DNA of 64,000 nt from Amoebidium appalachense (GCA_963693365.1 CAVNZM010000002.1:2000259-2064258), one strand, 5' to 3'. Shown: positions 40,832 to 63,901, numbered from the stretch's first letter. Notes: generated by a model not told the origin, from the letters alone. A program made the numbers and translations.

Positions 40832-41536
40832 AGGCAACCAAGTACTTGAAATTGAGCATTATAATTATAGACAAAAGGCAAGCCGCAAGATCATAACTAT
40901 GATGCGCATTTGCAATGTGAAGGGTTTTACATGTATATAGCACTAGGAGTGCTAAACAGTATGAAAGGCTTCATGATATGTGGCGATGAGATATAACAGT
41001 GCACGTGATTTTGACGGAAACACTCTTGTGTAGCGAACATGGACTAGTGGGTTGCATAGTCACGATCACTCTGAGTGCTGTCTCCCTGCGGCCACTCGGA
41101 CATCCCGTGTACATGTATGTTGCTGCAGGCATTGTAGGGCCCAGGCACTTACGTAAGCCAGCGGGTACCAAGCCTCAAGCTTGGTGACTAGGGTTGCATT
41201 AGATTTAAATTCAGCGCCCCATCTCTTCGTGGCAGTTTCGAATTCTAGATCCATAATTGCAGACTGATATATACGGCCGCCGTGCAAGACTTTGAATATT
41301 TCCATCGTAACCCCCTCCCCCACTCCCCCCCCCCTTGCCCTGTCCCGTTGTGTGTTTGTGTGTGTGTCTCTGTGGGGGGGGGGGGGGGGAAGGGTTGTTT
41401 GTTGGTTAATTCAGGTTTTTTGTAGTCTTATTCCCAATTCTCCGTCCTCCCCCCTTCCCCCTCCCCCCCCCCCCCATCCTCACCCCACCGTTCTTTTTGA
41501 GTATTTCTGCCTTCTTTCTTTCCTTTTTTTTTTTGT

Positions 41537-41567
<31 letters not shown>

Positions 41568-41771
41568 GGGGGGGGGCACATTCACTTTGTGGCAGCCGAA
41601 CTTGACACTTTCAAGATGTATGTGGCTTTATAACACGACGCATGTGGGGATCCCGCAAGAGCAGCCAACTAACGCCTTAGCGCAGAAGCTTATACAAGGG
41701 TATATGAAACAGCATGGACAGGCATTTATGTGTGTGTGTGGTGAATGTGGGCACGTGTGTGTGCGCGTGTG

Positions 41772-41831
<60 letters not shown>

Positions 41832-42934
41832 AGCACATGCAACACTTCATTCATTCTGATCTAATCGTTTAATGACAAGCACGTTTACAAATGTAACACG
41901 GTAGGCCCCAACCGCCACTCAAACGAAACCGAGCAAAGGAAAACAAGACCAAAGCAAAGGAAACAACTCACTCTCAGGCAGATATATCAGATATCTGCAT
42001 AGTCAAATGACTGATATGCACGATTTATAAAACAAAGATGTGCACCGCAAATCCTGCAATCCTGCACTACCACCAAAGCCCATATACCCAGTAAATGCTC
42101 TGTGTTGATAATCTAAACCAACCACAAAGAAACAAAAATGAGCTCTAACTCTAACCAGCCAAAAAAAAAAAAAACCAAGCCATATATCCAACCACGAAGG
42201 AAAAAAAAAAAAAAAAAAAGGGGGGGGGGGGGGGGCAAGTATTCGACCTGCTTATAACCAATAGCATATGATTCCAGGCTTTCCAGAAGGTGCCAGGTGT
42301 CGACAGACATCACCGCCCTTCACACAAAGCCATGTGTGCTCACTACACACCTGAATATCGAGTCGGGTCACTCTTAGCCGAACCGACCCACCAGGCATCT
42401 ACCTACCGGCCTCCAGGTAAGCAAACATGGCCTGCTGGTATTGGTGGATCTGGTCTTGCTGCTCGTCGCTGATTGGTCGGTTGGGACACAATACCCGTGT
42501 GTCCTGTGAGTGCCGGTGGAATGCAACGATCTCGAGCCAGACCAACCCTGCAAGGGGGGATTGTGCTTAGAGTTAGATATGAGGGTGTTTGGATAACTGC
42601 GACGAGAAAAACAGAAAAACGCGCATGGTACCCTTCAACCAAAAGACATTTCTGTGGAGACTCACAATTTTAGCAAAAGGCGATTTCAATACGAGGCATC
42701 AATATACACTAACGGCCATGAAGCCCCAACTGCACAGCATGGTATGTACACACTCACGTGAAAGCTAGCAACCAGACTAACAGAGCACATATGGGTCATG
42801 GGTCACACACACCTTACTGGTGGGCGGGAGGGGTGGGGAGGGGGGAAGGATAGTGTCATAAGAGTACGAAGTACGCATTCATGACGGACAACCCAATGCA
42901 GAGTGCAAAGCATTCATAGAGTGCATGTATAGTT

Positions 42935-52012
<9,078 letters not shown>

Positions 52013-52270
52013 CTTCCGATCTTCTCTTTGACAACTGGAAAGGGGAGATAAAAACGTTGTTAGATGACTTGGAATACCTATTTGTGATTGTGTGCTTGAT
52101 GGGTAGAATATGTCTATCCAGGCGTTGCCTCTTTTCGATCTATAAGGCATTCAAAATCTGGCATGTCAGACTGCAGATGTCTTCTATTTTCATGTGCAGG
52201 ACCAAAACGTGTGCGCAGCAGATGAATTGGGCAGTCACGAGTGTGTGTGTTGTGTAGGGGGGGGGGGGGT

Positions 52271-52316
<46 letters not shown>

Positions 52317-52365
52317 CGTGCGTGTGTGTGTGCGTGTGTGTGTGTTGTGTGTGTGCGTGTATGCG

Positions 52366-52566
<201 letters not shown>

Positions 52567-53197
52567 TTGCGTATGCGCGTGCGTGCGTGAATGCGTGTGT
52601 GCTTGCCCTAATCGTTGTGAGGGGTGTTTTTTTTTTGTTTTTTTTTCCGGTTGGGGGGGTTATGTTTTAAAATTCATAAGCACACGTACATGCAGTTAAA
52701 GAGACTTCACACTCCAAGAGCGTGTGACAAGGCTGCTGCGCACACACACGTGTGAGTGGGTAGGTGTGCAACGTGGATGATCTATTTACTAAGATGACTA
52801 CTTCAGTGTACGTTTTGTAGCCTATCCTATTCACACAACAGTCTCTTCTATCGTCCTGCCAACGTTCAAGTCCAAGGCGCACAGTGTGGTCTTTATGCCC
52901 AAAACTCTACACCTACGGACTAGGCTACTTCACATGGACGGTACATACACGCTCTGTACGGACTAAAATGTTGGGGTTTCCCTTTGCAATTGCGCCGCTG
53001 CGGCGTTTTCTGGTGGCTTTTTTTTCGCTTTACCGTAGGCAACAGCGCAATGCGATTGAGCGACGGAGCACCACAAACTGTTTTTGGTGAAAGAACGCTT
53101 AAATTGATTCGATTAGAAGAAGCCTCACAATAGCTTTATAGGGCTAGTTCGAAAAATGATCTCAGCAGCTTTTGATTGGATGTCACGGCACCACAAA

Positions 53198-53738
53198 CAG
53201 GGTTCGAAGGACGGTGGAGCCCATTAACGGAAGTCGAAATCCCGTTTCGGAAAACCTCTTCGAAAACCGGAATGCTCCGTCGGAGCAGGCTCACCAAAAA
53301 ACGTAATCGTCGCGCATCAGTAAACTAGGGCATGCTTATTTGTGCCTATATTGCATCAAAATGTAATTATAATGCATACTCAAAAACCCCTGTGGTTATT
53401 AGAGGCCTTCCTGGTGTTGGCAGTTGAAGCTTGAAGAAATAAAAGGGAAATATGAAGAGCATTAATGCACAAATGATATATATACATTTTGTCTCCGTAT
53501 TTAAAAATTCTGGGGGAGGGGAGGGGAGGGAGGGGGTGGGGGGGAGAAAATCACGTTGAATGGTTGTGTTTGTCTTTGTGTGTGAGTGAGTATTTTTCTT
53601 TGCAATTGTGTGTGTGTGTGGTGGGTATGTATGCACGGTGTGTGTGTCTGTGTGTATGTGTACAGGTGTGGGTGTGTGTATTTGTGTCAGCGGTAATCGG
53701 TGTGTGTGTGTCTATGTTGTGTGCATGTGTGCACATGT

Positions 53739-53797
<59 letters not shown>

Positions 53798-53991
53798 CAT
53801 GACATTGTGTGCATGTGTGTGTGTGTTTTGTGTCAACGGTTATGGTGTGTGTGTATGTATGTACAGTGTGCACCGGTGTATGTATGTGTGTGTGTGTGCA
53901 GTGTGGTGTGTATGTATGCAGGGTGTGTGTGTCTGTGTATGTGTGTGTACATGCCAGTGTGGGTGTGTGTGTTTGTACCAACGGTTTCTTG

Positions 53992-54026
<35 letters not shown>

Positions 54027-54085
54027 GCCACGGGGTGTGTGTGCGTGCGCCGTGTACAAGGTGTATGTGTGCAGTTTATAAGTGT

Positions 54086-54128
<43 letters not shown>

Positions 54129-55098
54129 CATAGCATGTGATTGTACAGGGTGGATGCATGTGCACGTTTGTAATACAGTTATCATGATCTGCGATAGACA
54201 GTGTGTGCCTGTGCACGTGTACAATGAGCTGGTGTCACGGCTAGCGCTGTGTATGTATGTGCATGTGTGTCTTTGAACGGAACACAGTGGTGCACAGTGT
54301 GTGTATTGCCTGCCATTTAAGACGCGTGCCACTGATCGTGATACACGTGGCACCTGCACCTGGTGGCCGTCGACTCTGAGCATCTAGATCTGAAATGGCG
54401 CGGGGGGGGGGGGGGGGGGGGGGAGTACTAATAGGCCTAGGGAGGGCCGGGGGGGGGGGGGGGGGGGGGGGGAGCTCCGCCTGAGAGGGGGGGGGGGGGG
54501 GGGGGGGGGTGAGGCCGGAGCGGCGGTGGGGGAGAAGGAGGGGCAGCACTGGTGGAGGGAACGGTGGGCAGCGGAGGAGGGAGGAATGGGGTTCCATTTC
54601 AAGGCTGGGGGGGGGAAGTTTTGAAGTGGAGGCCGGCCTATATATACATGCGCAGGCATATGCATTGTATGTTCATGTGGCCATTGCATGGCTATGATGC
54701 ATATGTGGTGTCACGGCTGTGTGTGTGTGAATGTATGTGTGTGTGTCTGTGTGTGTGTGTGTGCGTGTGTGTGTGCGTGGGTCACCCGTGTGCATAAATG
54801 TGTTTGGTGTGACAACATGTACATGTGCTAGGCTGGCGCTGTAGTCAGGGTCTGCCATTGAAGATTCTACAGGGACAGGGAGACACGTACGTACGTGTGC
54901 AGTTTGTGTGGGTGGTGTATGCCCCGTGTGTGATGAGACCTGCGAAGTCATGAGAAGCTTCCCCCCGGGGGCCGGGCGGGGGGGGGGGGGGGGGGGGGGG
55001 GAAGGGCTCTCGGGCGTTCCGATTCGGCCGGGACGATTTTCGGAACTGTGTTTTCAAATATCGGAAATTCCGATTTTTTTTCGTAACTTCGAACCCTG
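53198..55098. mobile_element. Non-autonomous hAT-type DNA transposon, copy 1 (complete)
   Basis: 12-bp TIR CAGGGTTCGAAG / CTTCGAACCCTG; 8-bp TSD ACCACAAA / ACCTCAAA (1 mismatch); (TG)-rich noncoding interior. Confidence 0.88.
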
Positions 55099-56497
55099 AC
55101 CTCAAACTCTGAAAGAATGTACTGAGTTCAAAGTGCTTCCGGCCAAAACTCAACAAAAGCCAACAACAAACGAAACAGCTCGCTGGAGTCGGGTGTTTCA
55201 CGAACAACCAACTTCCTAGTATAGTACTACAACAGTACACAGTATTGTGACGGCGGCTACCGTTCCTAATCCCCGTGTTGACCGTGTTTTCCTGCTAGGT
55301 TGAAGGAGATGGTTTTTCCTTTCCTTCTCCCGCCCTCCCCCAACTCGCCGACCTTACACCATGGCTGTCCTCTCCTCTCGCTTAAGTATACTTCGAGGTG
55401 ATAAGGAGACAGAAGACACACCACAGAAGGCCCTTGTTTAGACACAACGAGCTAATAACACACCACGTGAAAAACACAGACTCAACCCGGCAAACACATA
55501 GAGGACACTTACGTGCGCATGTGCCTGCACACGCCAACATTTGAAGGCAAGGGAGAGGGAATGGGCAAAGGGTAGGGAGAGTGATAGTCAAGACTAGAGA
55601 GAACCTAGAGGAGCATATGGGGAGGGAGGTAGGAAGGGAGGGATATAGGGGCAAAAAAAAACTTTAGAGCTAAACACACGAGCACACAACTAACAGGAGA
55701 ATTGAAGGGGAGATGAGAGATGTGAGAGAGACATGGAGAGCAAGGCGAGAACCTTCTCGACGAAGGAGGAGATAGAGACAGGGACGGTAGTAGGGAGACT
55801 TGCTTGCCGAAATCCAGCTTGGGCTGCAAAACATGAGCCCGAGTAACTTTCCCTGCTCATGGATAGAGCATCACGTGTAATAGAGCTGATTTCAGCATTC
55901 AACAAGCACCACATCGGTAATCGAGTCATGCATATACATCATTTCAATTTATATATATATATATATAAGCTAATATTTTAATGGTTGTGGTCAGCGGGAT
56001 AGTCGCCATTGAACCTAATTAGCCCTCCATCTATCTGGTTCTACTACTGTTTTATATATATTAGCCGAACTATGTGTGCATACCTTCACCAACACGACGA
56101 TCGACAATTCACCGTGACGACCGTTCCTAACTCTGCCAATGAATTAACGTTTCAAATTTTGCAAACAGGGAATAGCGTAATGGTCTATAATTGAAAAGGA
56201 GGTGCAAGGCCCTCGTGTCATTATTAAGTTCGTGTGTTGTCCCAGAAACTCAACGCCAAGTCAAACGTGTATGCTAACATTACATTACCCGCTCCATCAC
56301 ACCTTCGGACAAAAACCTAACAACGGACAGTGCAAATACTCACAAATGCTTTAAAAATTCGGAAAAAGAAAAATGCATAATTGCTTTCTGCCACCGGTGA
56401 CTCCCCACCTTGCCCTCCGAAGGCCCTATATGGGCCCCGAACAGTCAAATACCGACACGCACATCTTTACATCCGACGTGCATACCGGCTTGTGAAG

Positions 56498-57379
56498 TTA
56501 AACTGCCTTCGCTAGCAGCTCCTCGCGCTCATTCTTGTATTCTTCCGCTATGTCCGTCTTTAACAGCACGTTGATGCCTGTAATTCCGTGCTCCTGCGTG
56601 GTGTGAGTTTTGAACTGGTAGAACCGATGGAAAGAAGCACGGCAGTCCGGAAACGGACAATGGTACATGTCCTTTGACCCGCATGCAATGAGCGGGTTGC
56701 TCTTTGTGCTCGTCAGTCTGAGCTTGTGGATAGTTTCTGGGCTCTGGTTCCCCAGGGATGCCTGCTCTGAACTTGTGCTTGACAGGCCTCCCTCGCTCTC
56801 CGTCTCTGCTTCCTCTGGGTAGTTCATGTACAGGGCGCTTGAATGACGACGATGTGCTGAGTGGGTGGGTTGTTTTTGTCCCTCCGGCTGAGCTTTCACC
56901 TGTGCAAACTTGGGTGATGACCCGTTGCTGTGGGTGGCAACGATGTTTTTTGGCACCTCTGATGTGTTGGCAGAATCAGTGGAACGAGAAGAAACGGTGC
57001 TATGAAGAGTGATTGTATCGTCGCCTTGGGCTGTGAGGTACGGGGCCGGCAAGGATGAGAACTGCTTGCAGTCGAGAAACTTGTCCGTGCTACCATACTT
57101 TGAGAACAGCACATCTAACCTGCCCGTGCTGGAAAGGTCACTCTGTGGATCGTCGGCCGTAGGCATGCGAAAACTGTACAGACGGCGCAAGGTACCAACC
57201 TGCACAGATATCTCTGGTTTGCCTGTCGAGTCACCGTGTACGTGTGCGTGTGCCGTGTGCCGCGAGCTTTCACTACCCTCTTTCCCAAGAGAAAAACGTC
57301 TTAGCTTCTCCGACATGCTCGCACGGCGTTTGGGGGCCGCCTTTTCATTGCCCTCAAACGGCTTTGTGCCCGTTACCAT
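56498..57379 (-). CDS. Intronless protein with one C-terminal C2H2 zinc finger (putative transcription factor)
   Basis: Repeat-free ORF from ATG 57379; YHCPFPDCRASFHRFYQFKTHTTQEH; Ser-rich body with RRAS, RRFS and RRHS motifs. Confidence 0.75.
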   Translation of the reverse strand: MVTGTKPFEGNEKAAPKRRASMSEKLRRFSLGKEGSESSRHTAHAHVHGDSTGKPEISVQVGTLRRLYSFRMPTADDPQSDLSSTGRLDVLFSKYGSTDKFLDCKQFSSLPAPYLTAQGDDTITLHSTVSSRSTDSANTSEVPKNIVATHSNGSSPKFAQVKAQPEGQKQPTHSAHRRHSSALYMNYPEEAETESEGGLSSTSSEQASLGNQSPETIHKLRLTSTKSNPLIACGSKDMYHCPFPDCRASFHRFYQFKTHTTQEHGITGINVLLKTDIAEEYKNEREELLAKAV

Positions 57380-58524
57380 TTTCTGTGTTGTCACCCGGGG
57401 TGACGAGGCATCTGACTACGCGTGTGGGTGTCACTAGAGCTTCTACAGTGCATAGGCAGGCATAATAATCTAGCTTAGTAGGCTAAACAATCTAGTAGCT
57501 TAGTACAAAACATGAAAAGACCTGATATGTAAGTGTAGTGTGACGCCCACACAGCTCGAACAAACTGGAACTTGAAAAGATGAACACTGATGAGAGAGAG
57601 TCTGCGCTGTGGGAGGGAAAAGGCATCATCTTTAGATGTCAATAGATGGTCCTCCCGTTTAGTGTTGACCTAAAATCTGATTGGCTGTAGGGGAAACGTA
57701 AAGTGAACAGCGAATGAAACGGGATGCGCTTCACACCAATCGGAAATGCTTACAAGAATGATTGGTCAGGGTTAGGCTGGATAGCACAAGTACTGAGTAC
57801 TTGTGACAAGGTCTGATATCAACTGATTGAGAAAGCTGATGAATATTTGCCCTTTTCACGCAGCACAAACAGGAAAAAATATATAATAAAACAAATAAAA
57901 ACATATAAATACATAACACTACGTTTTACGACACTTTTCTCTTATTGCGGCTCATTTAAAATGGCCGGTATTCAAAGTTGGCTTTCGACCAACCATCAGC
58001 GTGAGCCATTTTATTGTAAAACCCATATATGGTCTGTGTATACTCAGAAGTGACCAATAGGAGCCCACGTCACGATCAGAGGTGACACGGACGGAGGGGT
58101 GCGTGCAGGGGTGCGTGCATCGTGCAATTTTTGTTGCACCGTCCACGTGGTACCAACCAGCTATTTCACGTGCATTGGCCGTCCAAAACACTGTGTCTGA
58201 GAGACTGAAACAGTTACCAGCTTTGCAGCCTGCAAATTGCGTACTAAAAATATGGTGAATGCACAAAGATATGCGCAATACTGCAGGAAACGTGCATGCT
58301 GCAAGTGGACAAATTCCGAGTTCACAACTTGATGGTGGGAGCGGCCATGGCTTGCCAAAAGGTATGGTGCCCCAAGCCTACCGGCCTCCAAGAAATAAAA
58401 AATAAAAAAAAATACTTCCCACCGGCCGATTTCAATTTTTTTTGGATGGATCGAACGCCCCTACTGTATAGCTTTACGAGACCTGTCGAATGGCGTGTCT
58501 AACCCACTGAAACCGCCAATCTGA

Positions 58525-58640
58525 CAGGGCCTCCGACCCGACCCGGCCCGACCTGATCACGTCATCAAGCCGGCCCGACTCGGGCCGAATCGGGTCGGCC
58601 CGGGCCGATTCGGGTCACGCTCCGGGCTGCCCGCGGCCGC
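58525..58640. mobile_element. Probable hAT-like terminus with GC-rich subterminal repeats
   Basis: Starts CAGGG, followed by clustered GACCCG/GCCCGA motifs in both orientations; matching end not found. Confidence 0.4.
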
Positions 58641-59078
58641 AAAGCTCTGTAGTTGGACGTGTGCACACGTGCACCTTACCCACCACGTTTATTAGGTTAC
58701 AGATATAGCTATGGAACCATACACCCTGTGTGGCTTCGTCCTTTAATGCACAAATGCTTACATGTGACGTGCGGGTTTGCCAAGTTGCCAGAATGCGACC
58801 TTTTTAAATTTGCATGAGAATTTTGAACTTCATTGGTTTTCCACTTCATTCACCATAGAGCCCGGGCTGCCCTTGGGTTTTTTGGACCCAGCAATGACAC
58901 TGTCATACTGGGACTTGGTTACTTGCGAAAAAACAATAAATCTTGTCGCTCCACAGAGACGCCATGTCGCCAGAATCTTCACTCTTTGGGTAGAAGATGC
59001 CGTGTGTTAGGTAGCTGTCGGGTTTGGTGCGAACATCCACCATGTCTGAAGGGCCTTCTATGCGCCCAGACATCTTTA

Positions 59079-59647
59079 GGGCCTGTTTGGCAACCCGGGT
59101 TTAGGGTCCTAAATCCGGATTACGGGCGATTTTGGGTTTAGCGCTAAATCCAAATCTCAAAATCCAGCCGCTGCCAAACAGACGGCCAGATCCGGTCACG
59201 TAAATCTGGGTTTCAAACCCCTCGGACATGGCCGTAATCTGGATTCCACTAATCCACCTCGGGAGGTGGATTAGCGCGAAATCCTTTCAGGTCCTGAATG
59301 TCCGACCCAATGAATGTTCATTTTATGGAACTATATATGGTGTCCTTTTGCACCAATCGTCGATAGTTTGAAGTGGCCAAAAAAGGATTGTTGAAAGGGC
59401 GCCAATTTCTTTCTTTTTTTTGTTATGGTGTGGGCGGGGGGATAGTGCAAGAAACATCTTTTACGTGTAGAAGTGAGTATGATGTAGTGATCACCGTTTG
59501 AAATCATTGTTTTGGTGTTCGGCCTCGCCGCCTGGTGCAGCATTAGTAGGAATACAAAAGTACTCAGAATGACCTTTGCAACATCATGTGCAGAAAGGTG
59601 TGTGTGTGTGCAGTTTTTTTCTTTTCTTTTACCTACTATCCTTCTTT

Positions 59648-59684
<37 letters not shown>

Positions 59685-60676
59685 GGGGACGGGACGGACA
59701 CATGTCACTGCACGATTCAGTGCTCATTTACTATTCACCAGGCACCCTGTGGTCTGCTCGTGTAGTCAACCCACATAGCTGCAGCAATTTGATCTCTTCT
59801 GGCATCTGCCTCTGCCTCGTCTTCTTGTTGGTTTTGGTTGCCCCTGCCTAACACAGAGTTAAAAAACATCAAGGCCTTTACATCAAGCATACAGTCTTAT
59901 AAATCATCCCCCTACCCACCCCCTCCTTTCCCCTGGTTCCCCACACACACCAACAACGCTGCCGCCGCTCAGAGGCACACTCCATCCCAACTCGAGCAAT
60001 ATCAGTCACACCACAAAAACCACATCAAAAAAACGTGCAGACGCACACTCCAACCCATCTTGACCCGTTGCCCACCACAAAACCAGAGAACAAAATAAAA
60101 ACAAAAATAACTGAAAAACTGGTAGAGGAAGAGAAACAAAACCAAATGCAACCAAAGACTTACCACGTGTAGGCAAGTTGTGCTGCTCTTCGTCTGAGTA
60201 GTGGCCATGCTCCTCCGCGTTGTGCTTTTTTATAAAGTTCATAAGTAGAAAGCACACAAGAATGATCTTCGAGAGCATCTTAGGACAGTAGTTGGTGGCT
60301 TTCTGGAGTATCTGAAAGCGGTTATTCAGCATACCATAGAACCGCTCAATGACCACCCGCGCCTTGGCATGCCTCAGGTTGAATAACTCCTTCGCATTCT
60401 GAGGACTAGAACACGACACATGAATAGACAACACCAGACACTTCAACATCAATATGACAGTGTGTGTGTGCGCGTGGCTGTTTGTGTGTGTGCATGTTCG
60501 TTTAGTGTGTGCACGCGGGCATGACCCGTGCGGGCACACGCGGACGCATGTGCGTGTGCGTATTTGTACACGTGAGTCTGTGTAGGTGTTTGTGCATGCG
60601 CGCACGACCTTCAGGTTGGATGTGTAAACTATCTATCTCTCTTTTTCTCTCCCTATCCACTCTCTCTGTGCATGTG

Positions 60677-60757
<81 letters not shown>

Positions 60758-62219
60758 AACAAAAGGAAACAGGAAAAGCACACTTTTTTACAGATGTAGG
60801 GAGGGAGTGATGGGTCGAGGGGCCTTCTTTTTTTGGGGGAGGGGGGAGGGGGGGGAGGGGGGGGGGGGGGGGGGGGGGCTAAATACGCCATTGCTCCCGT
60901 CCCGTACTCCTTCAGATGATAGCGGACTCCTCTGTAGGGTGCCAAAATTTCGTTTGTGTTCGGGTAGCCCTGGTCACCCAGGTAAACTTTCCCCGTCGGC
61001 ACACGTAAATTTTGTGGAGGGGGCTGCTCGAGGGCACAGTTCAACACTGTGCTGTCTGCACCACATCCCTCCCCACCGGGCAAACAATATGTGGAATATG
61101 CTTCCCAGTCGCATGCACCCAATACATTTTGTGCTGTGAAACCTTTCCTGCACCGATACCGATCAGCAGCCTCCGGTTTGACCTTGCACGGAACAAGAGT
61201 GCCATCAACTGCCCCGAGAACAATACGGAAGTAAGGCCAAAACTCAGGGTTTTCACGCACCCAACTAGGCACCATATATGACTCATCGGGTTGAATCATG
61301 TATTCTTCCCCGAGAGCAGCAAGCGTGGCATCGATGCCTTCTCGAAAACGCCTGCAGCACACAATGATGTCTGATTATTTTCCACATTCCTACATATAAG
61401 CTTCATTGAAAACAACAGCAAAACCTTGAGACAGTGCACGCGCACGTGCACCCTGGACAGTGGAACACAACCCATAATGATTCGGAGCATTGTTGTTTAA
61501 CAAGCACAGACAAATGCTGCAAACACACAGCCAATAACATAATTCAACAGGGCAGGAGTCATAGCACTACATACCGGCTCACGGTCTCGGTGCTGTGTTG
61601 GAAACGTTCGGCAACGTTCCTGACTGCAACACCCTGCCCAAGGGTATACAGCATCATGCAGGTAACTTCCTGAGCGTCCATGTTATCACTCTCTTCAATG
61701 AATGGAACCAACTTCTCAATTAACTCCCTTGCAACATATGGACTCACGCGTAGGACATCGTTCACCCTTGTCTCGTGAGCTGTGCCAAGCAGTTCTTGCA
61801 CATACTCTCTACCACTGAGCGGGGAAGTACGACAGGGCTCTTTGAGCTCTGGGCTATAGGTCAAGGCTGCAATCGCAGCCAAAACGGCTGTGTTCCGGGC
61901 TGCATACATGGTGAGTGTCTCAAATAAAACCGTATACAACTCAGCACTTTCGTGGTTTATTACTGCTTATCACTATGGTGTATATGTGTAGCGGGTCTGC
62001 AATTGCAAGTCACCGACCGGTGATGAACAGCGTGACAGCTGCAGAGCAAATCTAACCCAAAATCGTACGTGGGCTGTTTGGCATCCATGGGTTATCTACC
62101 CGGCTTAACCCAGGTTTCGGCTGAGATCCGGATTCTGTAGCATAATCTGGATCTCGATTTTGATATCCAGATATCCCCCGAAATCCAGATTACACTAACC
62201 CGCGTTGCCAAACAGGCCC
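59079..62219 (-). mobile_element. PIF/Harbinger DNA transposon, 3141 bp
   Basis: 16-bp TIR GGGCCTGTTTGGCAAC / GTTGCCAAACAGGCCC; TTA duplication on both sides; transposase inside. Confidence 0.95.
59735..61909 (-). CDS. PIF/Harbinger DDE transposase, 4 exons, apparently intact
   Basis: Exons ~61909-61574, ~61352-60887, ~60406-60164, ~59847-59735. Motifs ERFQHSTETVSR, GAVDGT, RCRKG, QNVLGACD, YLGDQGY, FNLRHAKARVVIERFYG, RDQIAAAMWVDY. Confidence 0.92.
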
Positions 62220-62233
62220 TTAGTTTGTACACA

Positions 62234-62327
62234 TGCAACAAGAACTGTTGACGTCTGCTGTGTGTTCTTCTTTTGAACGGTGCAACAAGAACTGTTGACG
62301 TCTGCTGTGTGTTCTTCTTTTGAACGG
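62234..62327. repeat. Exact 47-bp tandem duplication
   Basis: TGCAACAAGAACTG...TTTTGAACGG at 62234 and 62281. Confidence 0.95.
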
Positions 62328-62575
62328 TGGTGTGCGGTTTCTCTGTGCCTTGCTCACCGGGCCGGCAGCGGGGGGTGCGGCATGCCAGGAGCTACTACTA
62401 GAGAGAAGGGGGGGTATGATTGGGGCCGGGGAGGGAGAATTCAAAAATTGCCCGCTCCTGATATGGTATTTGGGCCATTTTTCAGCTATGTATAGACCGG
62501 TTTAGTAACCGCCGCGCCTGATTAGGGAAAAGATAAAAATAGATTTCGGCTCGCGCGCACGTGTGCATCATCAGA

Positions 62576-62688
62576 GGGCCTGTTTGGCAACGCGGAGTTA
62601 GCGGCGCCGGCCATACTCCGGAGTAAGATCGATTTTGGAGTTAGGGCTAAAGCGGAATTTCTGAATCCGCGGATGCCAAACAGACGGC
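62576..62688. mobile_element. Terminus of a second PIF/Harbinger-family element, interrupted by hAT copy 2
   Basis: Same 16-bp TIR and the same internal TGCCAAACAGACGGC motif as 59079-59188. Confidence 0.8.
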
Positions 62689-62784
62689 CAGGGTTCGAAG
62701 TTACGAAAAACAAAATCGGAATTTCCGATATTTGAAAACACACAGTTCCGAAAATCGTCCCGGCCGAATCGGAACGCCCGAAAG

Positions 62785-62829
<45 letters not shown>

Positions 62830-63786
62830 CCCCCGGGGGGAAGCTTCTCATGACTTCGCAGGTCTCATCATACACGGGGCATACACCACCCACACAAGCG
62901 CTGCACACGTACGTACGCGTCTCCCTGTCCCTGTAGAATGTTCAATGGCAGACCCTGACTGCAGCGCCAGCCTAGCACATGTATGTACATGTTGTCACAC
63001 CAAACTGATTTATGCACACACCCACGCGCGCGCACACACACACACACCCATACACACACACACACATTCACACACACACAGCCATGACACCAAATATGCA
63101 TCATAGCCATGCATGGCCACATGAACATACAATGCATATGCCTGCGCATGTATATATAGGCCGGCCTCCACTTCAAAACTTCCCCCCCCCCAGCCTTGAA
63201 ATGGAACCCCATTCCCCCCTCCTCCGCTGCCCACCGTTCCCTCCACCAGTGCTGCCCCTCCTTCTCCCCCCACCGCCGCTCCGGCCTCACCCCTCACCCC
63301 CCCCCCCCCTTCCCCCCCCCCCTCTCAGGCGGATCCCGGGATCCCCCCCTACTACTAGTACCCCTCCCCCCCCCCCCCCCTTCCCCCCCCAGGAAGGCCC
63401 TAAACATGGAATGGATCTAGATGCTCAGAGTCGACGGCCACCAGGTGCAGGTGCCACGTGTATCACGATCAGTGGCACGCGTCTTAAATGGCAGGCAATA
63501 CACACACTGTGCACCACTGTGTTCCGTTCAAAAACACACATGCACATACATACACAGCCGTGACACCACACATGTGACAGCTAGGCTAGTACACGTGCAC
63601 AGGCACATACTATCTCAGATCATGATAACTGTATTACAAACGTGCACATGCATACACCCTGTACAATCACATGCTATGCACCCACGTGCACACACATGTA
63701 CACACAAACAAACACACACACACACACACACACACTTACACTGCACACACACACCATTTACACGGCGCACGCACACACACCCCGTG

Positions 63787-63828
<42 letters not shown>

Positions 63829-63900
63829 GAAACCGTTGGTACAAACACCCACACCCACACTGGCATGTACACACACATACACAGACACACACACCCTGCA
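62689..63900. mobile_element. Non-autonomous hAT-type element, copy 2 (inverted relative to copy 1; incomplete in the window)
   Basis: Begins CAGGGTTCGAAG; reverse-complement match to ~53917-55098. Confidence 0.88.
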
Positions 63901-63901
63901 T

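Noticed and set aside
41066-42700. Short ORFs between the ART-like gene and p38
   Set aside because: No recognisable domain or consistent splice chain; may include p38 3' exons or UTR
53198-53210. GGTTCGAA as a tRNA T-loop/B-box (also at 62689)
   Set aside because: Part of the hAT TIR; no cloverleaf or A-box nearby
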